A stretch of 64,000 nucleotides of DNA from an uncultured Solirubrobacteraceae bacterium (GCA_964588985.1 CAZPQW010000003.1:96001-160000); one strand, 5' to 3'. Positions 1 to 9,340 are shown, counted from the first letter of the stretch. The notes: generated by a model from the letters alone, not told the origin. A program made the numbers and translations.

Positions 1-1
1 G

Positions 2-295
2 AGCTCGCTGCGCGCGGAGCAGGAGCAGGCGATCGGAGAGGTCGACCTGCTGATCGTGCCTGTGGGCGGCGGGCCGACGATCGGGGCCGAGCAGGCAGGC
101 GCGATCGTCGCGCGCCTGTCGCCGCGCTGGGTCGTGCCGATGCACTACCGCACGCAGCGCGTCAACTTCCTCGAGACCGCGGACGAGTTCCTGGACGCCT
201 CCGCGCACGTCGAGCGCCTCGAGGGGCCGGTCTTCGACACCTCCGGGCTCCCGGATGTTGACGGGCCGCTCGTGGTCGTGCCGGCCGCGCCGTAG
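2..295 (+). CDS. MBL-fold metallo-hydrolase (C-terminal part, truncated by window edge)
   Basis: DLLIVPVGGGPTI...VVPMHY motif typical of the UPF0173/MBL-fold family; frame open to window start. Confidence 0.8.
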   Translation, partial: SSLRAEQEQAIGEVDLLIVPVGGGPTIGAEQAGAIVARLSPRWVVPMHYRTQRVNFLETADEFLDASAHVERLEGPVFDTSGLPDVDGPLVVVPAAP

Positions 296-346
296 ACCTC
301 GGGGAAGGTTCCATCCGCGGTGGCGTCCTAGCAGGGGAGACCCCCA

Positions 347-859
347 ATGCAGGAGGAGACGACCGTGATCCTGAAACAAGCAGCGAAGCGCCCACACTCG
401 ATCTCGAAGACCACACCGGCCCTGCTGCTCGCGGGCCTGCTCCTGCTGGCGGGGTGCGGGAGCTCCTCCAGCACCACGAGCTCGTCGGCCACCACGCCGA
501 GCGCCACCGAAGCCACGACCGCCAGCACCGCGACCACGGCCTCCACGCCCGCGCCCAGCACGGGCTCCGCCGGGCAGAAGCTGAGCCTCGAAGCCAACAG
601 CGAAGGCCAGCTGTCCTACAACACGACCTCGCTGTCGGCGAAAGCCGGCTCGGTGTCGATCGACTTCACGAACATGTCCTCGCTCGGCCACAACGTGACG
701 GTCGAGTCCGCCTCCGGTGAAACCGTCGGCTCGACGCCGACCTTCCAGGGCGAATCGAAGACGGTCGCGCTCAACCTCAAACCGGGGACCTACAAGTTCT
801 TCTGCTCCGTGCCGGGCCACCGCCAGGCTGGGATGGAAGGCACGCTGACGGTCAAGTAG
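347..859 (+). CDS. Cupredoxin (plastocyanin/azurin-like) lipoprotein
   Basis: Lipobox LLAGC, Ser/Thr linker, type-1 Cu ligands GHN...FFCSVPGHRQAGM. Confidence 0.9.
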   Translation: MQEETTVILKQAAKRPHSISKTTPALLLAGLLLLAGCGSSSSTTSSSATTPSATEATTASTATTASTPAPSTGSAGQKLSLEANSEGQLSYNTTSLSAKAGSVSIDFTNMSSLGHNVTVESASGETVGSTPTFQGESKTVALNLKPGTYKFFCSVPGHRQAGMEGTLTVK

Positions 860-877
860 CGCCGCTCGGAGGCGGTC

Positions 878-1945
878 TCAGCCGCCGACGACGACGATGT
901 CGCCGAGCGCGAGCATCCCGAAGACGGTGTGGGCCGCTTCGATCGGCAGCTCCACGCAGCCGTTTGACTGCGGGGTGCCATAGGACGCGCGGGGGTAGCC
1001 GTGGACGGCGTCGCCGCCGTTGAAGTAGTTCACCCACGGCACCCCCGGCACCACGTATTTGGTGCCGTCCACGTCGGTGCCGCTCATTGTGGTGGAGGTG
1101 AAGCGCGAGTAGATCGGGAAGATCCCGCGTTCGGTTTCGGCGCCAGGCACGCCCGTGTTGACCGGGGTGCTGAACACGACGTGGTGGCCACGGTGGACGT
1201 GCAGCGTCTCGGGTATCGACTCGGACACCGACACCCACGTGTAGGGGGTGCGGTTGTGCCTGTCGGCGGTCTCAGCGGACAGCAGTGACGCCCACGTGTC
1301 GTGGTTCGGTTCGCCCGTGGCCGATATGCCGTGGTCGTCCTGGTAGACGGTGAGCGCCCCGCGCGTGGTCGCGTCGAGGTGGCCGATGTCGACCGGAGGG
1401 GCATCGGAGGGGTCGGGCGCGAGCGCACCGCGCGGCGGGTGGAACGCGAGCGCGGCCGCTTCGCCGCGGGTCTCGCGCCCGCTGGGGATGTGGACGGTGT
1501 AGCGGGGGTGGAACTTCGCGCCGAGATAGCCGAGACGGGCGAGCGCCATCTGCACGCCCGCGATCGGCGGGCACGCCACGTTCAGGCCGACCGTGTGGCG
1601 ACGGCCGAGTTCGCGCCCGTTTGTGACATGGGTGTGCGCCCACACGGTCAGCGTGTAGCTCGAGCACGGTTCGAGCGTGGAGGTGGGGGTGAACACCTCC
1701 GCATTGCCCACGATGCTCCACGTGCCAGCCACCGTGGGGTGGAGCGTCGGTGGCGGCGAGTCTGGCGCCGGAGGACCGGACATCGTGACCTTCAGCGGGC
1801 TCGTGCCGTTGGAGATCGTGTGCGATGGAAGCGCGAGCAGTCGCGTGCCGGCAGGCGACGTTTCGGGCGCGGCCGGCGTGGCGGCGCTCGCCGGTAGCGC
1901 TCCCGCAAGCGCGAACAGAGCCTGTACGGCAACGGTCGCGAACAT
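878..1945 (-). CDS. L,D-transpeptidase with peptidoglycan-binding domain
   Basis: Signal peptide, VQMALARLGY/YQDDHGI PG-binding motifs, YkuD-type HG...SNGC; start set at ATG 7 nt after TAGCCT. Confidence 0.85.
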   Translation of the reverse strand: MFATVAVQALFALAGALPASAATPAAPETSPAGTRLLALPSHTISNGTSPLKVTMSGPPAPDSPPPTLHPTVAGTWSIVGNAEVFTPTSTLEPCSSYTLTVWAHTHVTNGRELGRRHTVGLNVACPPIAGVQMALARLGYLGAKFHPRYTVHIPSGRETRGEAAALAFHPPRGALAPDPSDAPPVDIGHLDATTRGALTVYQDDHGISATGEPNHDTWASLLSAETADRHNRTPYTWVSVSESIPETLHVHRGHHVVFSTPVNTGVPGAETERGIFPIYSRFTSTTMSGTDVDGTKYVVPGVPWVNYFNGGDAVHGYPRASYGTPQSNGCVELPIEAAHTVFGMLALGDIVVVGG

Positions 1946-1967
1946 CGGACAAAGGCTAACGCGCCGG

Positions 1968-2486
1968 TCAGTCAAGGTAGGTGACGAGCTCGGAGATCGG
2001 CGTTCGCTCCGGCACCCGCTGCTCCTGGACTGGCTCGCCCAGATACAGCAGCCCGACGGGCGTCTCGTCGGCTTGGATCTGGAGGATCTCGCGTCCGCGC
2101 GGGTCGTCGAGCAGCGAGACGGTGCGCCAGTAGCCGGCCAGCCCGCGCGCGTGCGCGCCGAGCAGCACGAGGTAGGCGGCCACGGCGGTCGCGAGCAGGT
2201 CCTCGCGGTCCTGAGCTGGATCTCCCGTGAGGTGTGCGCTGACGGCGACGAGTGTGGGGGCGCGGCGCAGCTTGACCGCCGAGCCGGGCTTCTCCTGCTC
2301 GGCCAGCTCCATCAGCCGCTCGCGCGCGTGCGGGCCGAGCACGCGGAAGCGCCAGGGGTTGGTGAGGTGGTGGTTGGGCGCCCAGCTCGCGAGCTCGAAC
2401 AGCTCGGCGAGCGTGTCGCGGTCGAGCGCGAGCGCTCCGAACGCCTTGTGGGTGCGGCGGGTGCGGATAGCCTTCTCGACGTCCAT
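1968..2486 (-). CDS. Nitroreductase family protein
   Basis: IRTRRT, WAPNHHLTNPWRF, GLAGYWRT motifs. Confidence 0.9.
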   Translation of the reverse strand: MDVEKAIRTRRTHKAFGALALDRDTLAELFELASWAPNHHLTNPWRFRVLGPHARERLMELAEQEKPGSAVKLRRAPTLVAVSAHLTGDPAQDREDLLATAVAAYLVLLGAHARGLAGYWRTVSLLDDPRGREILQIQADETPVGLLYLGEPVQEQRVPERTPISELVTYLD

Positions 2487-2506
2487 CGCTCAACCCTAGC
2501 CAGAAG

Positions 2507-3307
2507 GTGTCCGTTGTCGTCCGCAGCACACTCGAACGTTGGCCTGAGTTGACCGCCGGCGAAATCGTCGCGATCGCCCTCGCGGGCCTCGCGGCGGGCA
2601 CGATCAACACCGTCGTCGGCAGCGGGACGCTGATCACCTTCCCCGTGCTGCTCGCGTTCGGCTACGCACCCGTCACAGCGAACGTGTCGAACACGATCGG
2701 CCTCGTGCCGGGCTCGGTCTCGGGTGCGATCGGCTATCGCCGCGAGCTCTCCGGCCAGGCGCGGCGCGCGCTGCGGTTCGGGACGATGTCGGTGGCGGGC
2801 GGCATCACCGGCGCGGTGCTGCTGCTGGTGCTGCCCTCGTCGGCGTTCAAGGACATCGTGCCGGTGTTCATCCTCGCCGCGCTCGCGCTCACGGTCGCGC
2901 AGCCGCGCATCGCGCGCTGGATGCTCAGGCGCGACATCGATCTCGATGGCAGGGACGGCGGCGTGCTCACGCTGCTCGCGGTCTACCTCACGGGCGTGTA
3001 TGGCGGCTACTTCGGCGCCGCGCAGGGGATCATGCTGCTCGCGATCCTCGGCGTGGCGCTGTCCCAGGACCTGCAGCGCACGAACGCGCTCAAGAACGTG
3101 CTCGCGGGGCTCGTCAACGGCGTGTCGGGCCTGTATTTCATCTTCGCCGCGCACGTCGACTGGGCGCCCGCGGGGATCATCGCGTGCACGTCGATCGCGG
3201 GCGCTCAGCTGGGTGCGCGCTACGGGCGACGTTTGCCGCCGGCGGCATTGCGGGCAACGATCGTGGCGGTGGGTGTGTTCGCGATCGTGCGCTTGGTGGT
3301 CTACTGA
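2507..3307 (+). CDS. TauE/SafE (TSUP) family transporter; start may be TTG 2549
   Basis: AGTINTVVGSG, YGGYFGAAQG motifs; multiple TM helices. Confidence 0.88.
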   Translation: MSVVVRSTLERWPELTAGEIVAIALAGLAAGTINTVVGSGTLITFPVLLAFGYAPVTANVSNTIGLVPGSVSGAIGYRRELSGQARRALRFGTMSVAGGITGAVLLLVLPSSAFKDIVPVFILAALALTVAQPRIARWMLRRDIDLDGRDGGVLTLLAVYLTGVYGGYFGAAQGIMLLAILGVALSQDLQRTNALKNVLAGLVNGVSGLYFIFAAHVDWAPAGIIACTSIAGAQLGARYGRRLPPAALRATIVAVGVFAIVRLVVY

Positions 3308-3349
3308 GCGAGGGCAATCGTCAACGCCAGCAAGCGAGGAACCAGACCA

Positions 3350-4756
3350 ATGAGCGAAGTGGAGCAGCATCGCAAGGCGGACGTGCTGGTCATATTCGGC
3401 ATCACCGGAGACCTCGCGAAGAAGATGACGCTGCGCTCGCTCTACCGCTTGGAGTCGCGCGGATTGCTCGACTGCCCGATCGTGGGCGTCGCCGTCGAGG
3501 ACTGGACCGTCGAGCGGCTGCGCGAGCACGCCCGCGAATCGATCGAGGCGGCGGGGGAGACGATCGACGAGACCGTGTTCGAGCGTCTCGCGGCTCGACT
3601 GTCCTACGTGAGCGGCGACTTCGCCGACGACGCCACCTACGGGCGCATCGCCGACGCGATCCGCGAGCACCACACCCGCGTCTTCTATCTGGAGATCCCG
3701 CCGTCGCTGTTCGCCACCGTCATCAAGGGCCTGTCCGAGGCGAAGCTGATCGAAGGCGGGCGCGTGGTGGTCGAGAAGCCGTTCGGCCACGACCTGGCCT
3801 CGGCACGGGCGCTCTCGGCCGAACTTCACAACTACCTGCAGGAGTCGCAGCTGTTCCGGATCGACCACTTCCTCGGGAAGATGGGCCTCGAAGAGATCCT
3901 CTACCTGCGCTTCGCCAACTCGATGCTCGAGCCGGTGTGGAACCGCAACTACCTCGCGTGCGTGCAGATCACCATGGCGGAGAGCTTCGGGGTCGAGGAC
4001 CGCGGGCACTTCTACGACCCGGTGGGCGCGCTGCGCGACGTCGTCGTAAATCACCTGCTTCAGCTGATGGCGGCCGCCGCGATGGAGCCGCCCGCGGGCG
4101 ACGACGTGGAAACGATCAAGGACGCGAAGTTCGCGGTCTTCCGCGCGACCGCCGACGCCGACCCGGCGCACCACGTACGCGGCCAGTACGACGGCTACCG
4201 GGCGATCGACGGCGTGGCGAGCGAGTCGGATACTGAGACCTATGCGGCGCTGCGCCTGGAGATCGACAACTGGCGCTGGGCGGGCGTGCCGTTTTACATC
4301 CGCACCGGCAAGCAACTGCCCGTCACGCAGACCGAGCTACGCCTCGTGTTCAAGCACCCGCCGCGGCTGGGGTTCATGGGCAAGGCGCATCGCCGGCCGC
4401 AGCCGAGCCAGATCGTGATCAAGATCGATCCCGCGACGGGCGTGCGGATCGTGCTCGACGCGCAGCGCGCCGACCGCTCCGGCCCGCAGGAGATCGAGCT
4501 CGACATGGAGTTCGCGCAGGAGGGAGGGGAGGGCGCGACCCCGTACGAGGTACTGCTCCACGCGGCGCTAGTCGGCGACAGCACGCACTTCACCCGCGAG
4601 GACAGCGTCGAGGCGTGCTGGCGGATCGTGCAGCCGCTGCTCGACTCGCCGGGGCCCGTGCACCCGTACGCGAAGGGAACGTGGGGTCCGGAGGAGGCTG
4701 AGCGGCTCACCGCGGGGCTTGGGGGGTGGCATGGTCCGTGGGTGCCGGCCGGGTGA
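3350..4756 (+). CDS. zwf: Glucose-6-phosphate 1-dehydrogenase
   Basis: GITGDLAKK, EKPFG, RIDHFLGK motifs. Confidence 0.95.
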   Translation: MSEVEQHRKADVLVIFGITGDLAKKMTLRSLYRLESRGLLDCPIVGVAVEDWTVERLREHARESIEAAGETIDETVFERLAARLSYVSGDFADDATYGRIADAIREHHTRVFYLEIPPSLFATVIKGLSEAKLIEGGRVVVEKPFGHDLASARALSAELHNYLQESQLFRIDHFLGKMGLEEILYLRFANSMLEPVWNRNYLACVQITMAESFGVEDRGHFYDPVGALRDVVVNHLLQLMAAAAMEPPAGDDVETIKDAKFAVFRATADADPAHHVRGQYDGYRAIDGVASESDTETYAALRLEIDNWRWAGVPFYIRTGKQLPVTQTELRLVFKHPPRLGFMGKAHRRPQPSQIVIKIDPATGVRIVLDAQRADRSGPQEIELDMEFAQEGGEGATPYEVLLHAALVGDSTHFTREDSVEACWRIVQPLLDSPGPVHPYAKGTWGPEEAERLTAGLGGWHGPWVPAG

Positions 4757-4807
4757 GCGGAGACGGTCACGGCTGACTGAACTGTGCGCTTGGTATTCTG
4801 ACACCGT

Positions 4808-5167
4808 ATGCGGTGTCAAGAGACAGATGCAGTCGCGCTGTTGCGCGAAGCGAGAAAACGCCAAGGCGTCAGCCAACGAGGGCTTGCGCTGCGCGCAGGG
4901 ACCAGTCAGGACGCGATCAGCCGCATCGAGCGTGGCGTCGAGTCGCCGACGCTCGAGCGGCTCGCCAACCTGCTGATGGTGCTCGGCGAGCGCCTCAAGC
5001 TCGACGCGACGCAAGTGCCCGACCTCGAGGGGACGGCCGTGCTGCCCACAGCGCGCGAGCGGCTGCGCGAGGCGGCATCCTGGAATCTGGTTGCCACCCA
5101 GCTGGAGATCGCGGGGGCAGAGGCACGAAGGGCCAGCCATCGGGCGACGCGTCGCGTGAGCTCGTGA
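4808..5167 (+). CDS. XRE-family HTH regulator (probable antitoxin)
   Basis: LREARKRQGVSQRGLALRAGTSQDAISRIERG; GTGA overlap with next gene. Confidence 0.85.
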   Translation: MRCQETDAVALLREARKRQGVSQRGLALRAGTSQDAISRIERGVESPTLERLANLLMVLGERLKLDATQVPDLEGTAVLPTARERLREAASWNLVATQLEIAGAEARRASHRATRRVSS

Positions 5168-5670
5168 GCGACTCGCCCGAGCGCCCGCTGGATCTCCGAG
5201 AGCTGTTTCGGGCGCTCGCCGAGCACGGCGTGGACTACCTGGTGATCGGCGGGGTTGCAGCGCAGGTGCATGGACGCCGGCGCACAACCAAGGATCTGGA
5301 CGTCATACCCGCACCCGACCAGGAGAACTTCGAGCGACTGACAGCGGCACTCGTGACTCTCGACGCTCATCCCGCCGAGCTCGGGCCCGGCGCTCCGACG
5401 CCCACTGCGGAGCAGCTCCGCATCGCCCCGATCGTGCCGCCGCTCAGCACTCGACATGGGGATCTGCACATCCTCAACGAGGTCCCCGGTGCCACCGCAT
5501 ATGCCGGAATGCGCGCGCGTGCTCTTACGACCGATCTGGACGGGATCGTTCTGAGCATCGTCGGAGTGGACGATCTCATCCGCATGAAGTACGCCAGCGG
5601 GCGGCCGAGCGATATCGAGGACATCGAGGCCGTTACGACGATCGCGAGAGAAGAGCGCAGAGCCGATTAG
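5164..5670 (+). CDS. Nucleotidyltransferase-fold protein (DUF6036/AbiEii-like, probable toxin)
   Basis: YLVIGGVA..HG..RTTKDLD and MK..SGRPSD..D motifs; GTG start overlaps HTH stop. Confidence 0.8.
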   Translation: MSDSPERPLDLRELFRALAEHGVDYLVIGGVAAQVHGRRRTTKDLDVIPAPDQENFERLTAALVTLDAHPAELGPGAPTPTAEQLRIAPIVPPLSTRHGDLHILNEVPGATAYAGMRARALTTDLDGIVLSIVGVDDLIRMKYASGRPSDIEDIEAVTTIAREERRAD

Positions 5671-5684
5671 AAACAGGTTCTAAG

Positions 5685-5909
5685 TCAGTTCAGCCGGTCG
5701 ACGAACGTGTAGAGCACCATCGCGCTGACCGACACGCAGAAGATCCGCAGGGCCCACAGCCCGAAGAGCGCTCGTCGGCCGAGGACGGCCCGCGGCACCG
5801 GTCGGAAGGTCTCGTTGACAAGCTGATCGGGCTCCAGGTGCATGATCAGCTCCTGCTCGGGGTGCGGCGCGTGGTGGACGACCGCCTCGCGCCGTTCCTC
5901 CTCGCTCAT
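5685..5909 (-). CDS. Small membrane protein, coupled to NRAMP gene
   Basis: ATGA overlap with NRAMP stop; C-terminal TM helix (LFGLWALRIFCVSVSAMVLYTF). Confidence 0.7.
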   Translation of the reverse strand: MSEEERREAVVHHAPHPEQELIMHLEPDQLVNETFRPVPRAVLGRRALFGLWALRIFCVSVSAMVLYTFVDRLN

Positions 5910-7267
5910 GAGCCGATCAGCCCGACTGTCTGCAGGAACGAGTCGATCCCGTACGCGGCGCCGCAGCAGCCGACGAACGTGATCACGACGATCCCGATGA
6001 GGTTCGTGGATCGCTTGTTGACCCACGGCCCCATCAGCTCGCGGTCGTTGGCGAGCGTGAGCACGAACAGCAGGCTGACGGGCAGCAGCACGGTCGCGAG
6101 CACGTTCGCGTTGAGCGCGATCGACAGCAGCGGCGCTCCGGGGATGAGGATCACGGCGGCGGCGATCAGGGCGACACCGACGTTGACCGCATGGAAGACG
6201 GCGGCGTTGCGCGGCGAGGTGTTGAAGCTGTGCGACACGCCGACGCATTCGCCGGCCGCGTAGGCGGTGCTGGCGGAGATCGTGAGGATCGCGACAGCCC
6301 CCGCCTCGATGAGCCCGAGCGCGAAAAGCGTCCCGGCGGCGCTGCCGGCGACTTTCGAGAGCGCGGCGGGGAAGCCCGCGCCGGCGAAGCCCTGGATGCC
6401 GGAGCCGCTGTGCAGCAGCGCGGCTCCGGCGATCAGCGCCCCGATGCCGAAGATCGAGGCGAGCACGGCGCCGAGCGCGGTGTCGTAGCGGCCGTGGCGC
6501 ACGTCGGCTGGCGTCATGCCCTTGTCAGCCGAGGCGCTCTGCTGGAAGAAGATCATCCACGGGGTGACGGTCGCGCCGATCGTGGAGGCGAGGAGGAGCA
6601 GCAGGGTGTTGAGGCTCCCGTGTGGCAGCGGGCTGAACGACAGCGAGCTCGCGAGCGTGCCGAAATGGGGTTTGACGATGATCGCCACCACGAGGAACAG
6701 GCCGTTGAACGCGGCCAGGCCGAGCACGGTGCGCTCCCAGCGCCAGTAGCGCCCGCCGCTGAGCGTGAACAGCACGAGTGTCAGGCCGAGCGCCACCGCG
6801 ACGCCCGAGCCGAGGTGGAAGTACGCGAGGCCGACGCGAATGGCGACGAACTCCGCGACGAGCGTGACGAGGTTCGTCAGGCACAGGTCCCCGGCGCCGA
6901 ACCATCCCCAGACCTTGCCGTAGCGCTGCAGCACGAGCTCGCCGTAGCCGCGATGGGTGACCGCGCCGATGCGCATGCACATCTCCTGGCATACGAACGC
7001 CATCGCGAACAGCACTGGGATGAACGGCACGAAGAAGCCGAGCCCGTACTGCGCGCCATCGGAGGCGTAGCCGATCATGCTCGGCCCGTCGTTCTCGCCG
7101 AGCATCGCCAGCAGGCCCGGGCCGACGAGCAGCCACAGCAGTCGCCCGCGCTTGTTGGCGGCCCGCGCGTGGTGCACGCGAGAGCGGTCGTGCGCTCGCG
7201 CGATGTCCTCGTCGGTGAGTTGGCGCTGTCCGAGGAGGGGGGATGCGGTGATCTCGGGGGCGGCCAT
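5906..7267 (-). CDS. NRAMP-family divalent metal transporter (non-DPGN, NrmT-like branch)
   Basis: GPGLLAMLGENDGPS, QEMCMRIG, GATVTPWMIFFQQS; ~11 TM helices. Confidence 0.88.
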   Translation of the reverse strand: MAAPEITASPLLGQRQLTDEDIARAHDRSRVHHARAANKRGRLLWLLVGPGLLAMLGENDGPSMIGYASDGAQYGLGFFVPFIPVLFAMAFVCQEMCMRIGAVTHRGYGELVLQRYGKVWGWFGAGDLCLTNLVTLVAEFVAIRVGLAYFHLGSGVAVALGLTLVLFTLSGGRYWRWERTVLGLAAFNGLFLVVAIIVKPHFGTLASSLSFSPLPHGSLNTLLLLLASTIGATVTPWMIFFQQSASADKGMTPADVRHGRYDTALGAVLASIFGIGALIAGAALLHSGSGIQGFAGAGFPAALSKVAGSAAGTLFALGLIEAGAVAILTISASTAYAAGECVGVSHSFNTSPRNAAVFHAVNVGVALIAAAVILIPGAPLLSIALNANVLATVLLPVSLLFVLTLANDRELMGPWVNKRSTNLIGIVVITFVGCCGAAYGIDSFLQTVGLIGS

Positions 7268-7269
7268 CC

Positions 7270-7986
7270 TCAGCGCTTGCTCTCCCGCAGCTCGCGTGCC
7301 CTTCCGGGCGGGCCGTCGACCTGCACGCGCATTGCCCCCGCAAGCTCGCCACCGATGGCGTGCTCGCGCTCGCCGAAGATCACGAACAGCGGGCCCCCGA
7401 ACGGCTGCCGCTCGCGCACCAGGAACCGTTCTCCCGGCGAGATCCCGCGGTCGGCGAGATAGCGCAGCATCCCGGGATCGGAATCCGAGACTCGCACGAA
7501 CAGGCCTTCGTCGCCGGGCATCATGCTCTCCATGTCGTGGGTCAAGGGCTCGTTGAGCTCGAGCTCCGCAGTCGGAATCGGGTCGCCGTGAGGATCGACG
7601 GCGGGGTGCCCCAGCTTCGCCGCGATCAGCGCCTCCAGGTCCTCCGAGAGAACGTGCTCGAGCACCTCCGCCTCGGCGTGCACGCGATCCCACGGCATGC
7701 CGAGCGCCTCGGCCAGGTAGCTCTCGAGCAATCGGTGGTGGCGGATGACCTCGAGCGCGATCCTCCGGCCGTCGTCGGTCAGGCGCACGCCGCGGTAGGG
7801 GACGTGGTTGATGAGACCGAGCTCGTCAAGGCGTTTGAGCATCGCCGAGACCGAGCCCGAGGTGATGCCGAGTCGATCGGCGAGCGCCGTCGTCGAGACC
7901 GGCTCCTCGCCGCGCGATTCGAGCGAGAAGATCGCCTTGGAGTAGTCCTCCACAGCGGGCGTGCGAAGCAGTTCCTTGCCTGTCAT
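7270..7986 (-). CDS. DtxR/MntR-family metal-dependent repressor with FeoA-like domain
   Basis: VEDYSKAIF, RHHRLLESYL, EAEVLEH, DPHGDPIP. Confidence 0.93.
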   Translation of the reverse strand: MTGKELLRTPAVEDYSKAIFSLESRGEEPVSTTALADRLGITSGSVSAMLKRLDELGLINHVPYRGVRLTDDGRRIALEVIRHHRLLESYLAEALGMPWDRVHAEAEVLEHVLSEDLEALIAAKLGHPAVDPHGDPIPTAELELNEPLTHDMESMMPGDEGLFVRVSDSDPGMLRYLADRGISPGERFLVRERQPFGGPLFVIFGEREHAIGGELAGAMRVQVDGPPGRARELRESKR

Positions 7987-7994
7987 GAGCTGAG

Positions 7995-8010
7995 ATTATG
8001 GCATACCAAA
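7995..8010 (-). promoter_or_regulatory. -10 (CATAAT) overlapped by a DtxR-type operator TTTGGTATGCCATA
   Basis: Imperfect 14-bp palindrome resembling TTAGG-N4-CCTAA; the -10 lies 8 nt upstream of the regulator ATG. Confidence 0.6.
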
Positions 8011-8034
8011 TCATTAGTCGAGGCGACTCGACAA

Positions 8035-8056
8035 GATGATGACGGCCGTCATCATC
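8035..8056. repeat. Perfect 22-bp palindrome GATGATGACGGCCGTCATCATC
   Basis: Read directly; at the backbone/accessory boundary. Confidence 0.75.
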
Positions 8057-8235
8057 GGCCTGCATCTGCTCTCCGTCGATCCCATCTGTGGTCCGCGATG
8101 GCAACCCTCAAGCGAGTCGCACGTTCATCATGTTTCCCATTCGCAGCCCGGCTGCTAAAGCGCCTAAATCCCTGCTAATACGCTGCGTCTCCATAGGAGG
8201 GAATAAGAGCGTTGTCTGTCTACTACTGACAACTA

Positions 8236-8264
8236 TTGCAACTCTTCGGCATGTCTGTTAGACA
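8236..8264 (+). promoter_or_regulatory. Candidate sigma70-type promoter TTGCAA-N17-TAGACA (extended -10 TG)
   Basis: Same architecture and GTCTGYTAGAC core as 18654-18682 upstream of a paralogous gene; -10 lacks the final T. Confidence 0.5.
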
Positions 8265-8300
8265 ACGTGCTGTCCCCAAAGTGTCTGGCTACATCCAGGC

Positions 8301-8419
8301 GCAGGGGATAGAAGCGACGGCCCCGAGCGTACCGTCCCATAAACGGGGATATACCGCACGGAGTCGAGTCGAACCATAGTCACGATCTGGCCGTACGGCC
8401 AGCTCACAACAACGGGAGC
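8301..8419 (+). other. Conserved structured element, copy A (candidate leader RNA/regulatory module)
   Basis: Homologous to 15054-15176; identical core CGAACCATAGTCACGA then GGCC hairpin and TCACAAC. Confidence 0.6.
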
Positions 8420-8623
8420 ACGATGCGCAAGACTCTCTACGGTCGGGGAACTGTCCCTACGGGGCTCTGCACGACGGATGTCGGCATGTCTGAATTCGCG
8501 GTCGGACGATTACCGCAGCGCGAATCAGCGATCGGCGCCTGCGGGAGAAGTCCGTACACAGGGCTCGGCGAGCTAGATATCGACTTGCGTCCTCATGCTC
8601 CTCATACAAAGGAGCGGTAAGCA

Positions 8624-9193
8624 ATGCAACGCATCAAGCTCGTAGGACTCGCCCTCGTGGCCGTGTGCGCCATTGGCGTCACGTCGGTTGCGAGCGCGGG
8701 AGCAAGCAACTTCTTAGCATCCGCGACCGGTGCACTGACCGGCAAAGCATTACAGAACCAGAAATTCGTGACCAAAGCGGGCGAAGTCGTCTGCACCACG
8801 ATCGCAGTCAGCGGCACAGTGAAAACAACGAAAGCCACAACGCAGGTCGCCACGGTGAACTACACCGGCTGCAAAGCCTTCGGGCTCGCAGCGACGATCA
8901 CGCCGGCCGAATATGAATTCAACGCCAATGGCTCGGTCAAGATCCTCAACAACATCATCATCACCGCGACGGCATGTGAAGTGAAAGTCCTCGCGGCGAA
9001 CAACACCTCGCTGAACACCGTCAAATACGTAAACAACGGTGGTGGCCAGCTCGGAATCAACCCCGCTGTCAAGGGCATCACGTCAGAAGGCGTTGGCGCC
9101 GGGTGCACCTACGCACTGGAAAGCAAAGGCACGTACGAAGGTAACTCCGACTCCGGCCTCAAAGCCGGCGGAACCCTAAGCTGGGACGCGTAG
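8624..9193 (+). CDS. Secreted 4-Cys beta-rich protein, paralog 1
   Basis: Sec signal; YTGCKAFGL.AT..PA.YEFNA.G and CTY..ESKGT shared with three other ORFs; strong RBS AAAGGAG. Confidence 0.9.
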   Translation: MQRIKLVGLALVAVCAIGVTSVASAGASNFLASATGALTGKALQNQKFVTKAGEVVCTTIAVSGTVKTTKATTQVATVNYTGCKAFGLAATITPAEYEFNANGSVKILNNIIITATACEVKVLAANNTSLNTVKYVNNGGGQLGINPAVKGITSEGVGAGCTYALESKGTYEGNSDSGLKAGGTLSWDA

Positions 9194-9231
9194 TCCCTTG
9201 TCGTAACGACGCGCCATGTTGTTACATGGTC

Positions 9232-9257
9232 ACGTCATGTAGTGACGTCATGTAGTG
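9232..9257 (+). repeat. Perfect tandem 13-mer ACGTCATGTAGTG x2
   Basis: Read directly. Confidence 0.8.
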
Positions 9258-9272
9258 TTTGCTGTTAGTGTA

Positions 9273-9307
9273 CGGACGGTGGCTGCCTTCTCGGTGGTCA
9301 CCGTCCG
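9273..9307 (+). terminator. 15-bp stem-loop (terminator/mRNA stabiliser) inside the secreted-protein operon
   Basis: CGGACGGTGGCTGCC / GGTGGTCACCGTCCG with 3 G-U pairs. Confidence 0.65.
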
Positions 9308-9340
9308 CATTTCAGAGTCTTAGTCGTCAAGGGGAATAAA

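Noticed and set aside
8301-8419. Match of the repeated element to c-di-GMP-I, ydaO or raiA motifs, or to a CRP site
   Set aside because: Diagnostic consensus segments not found by eye; TGTGA-N6-TCACA not satisfied
8423-8620. 65-aa ORF in the leader of paralog 1
   Set aside because: No recognisable motif and no counterpart after element copy B; a leader peptide cannot be excluded
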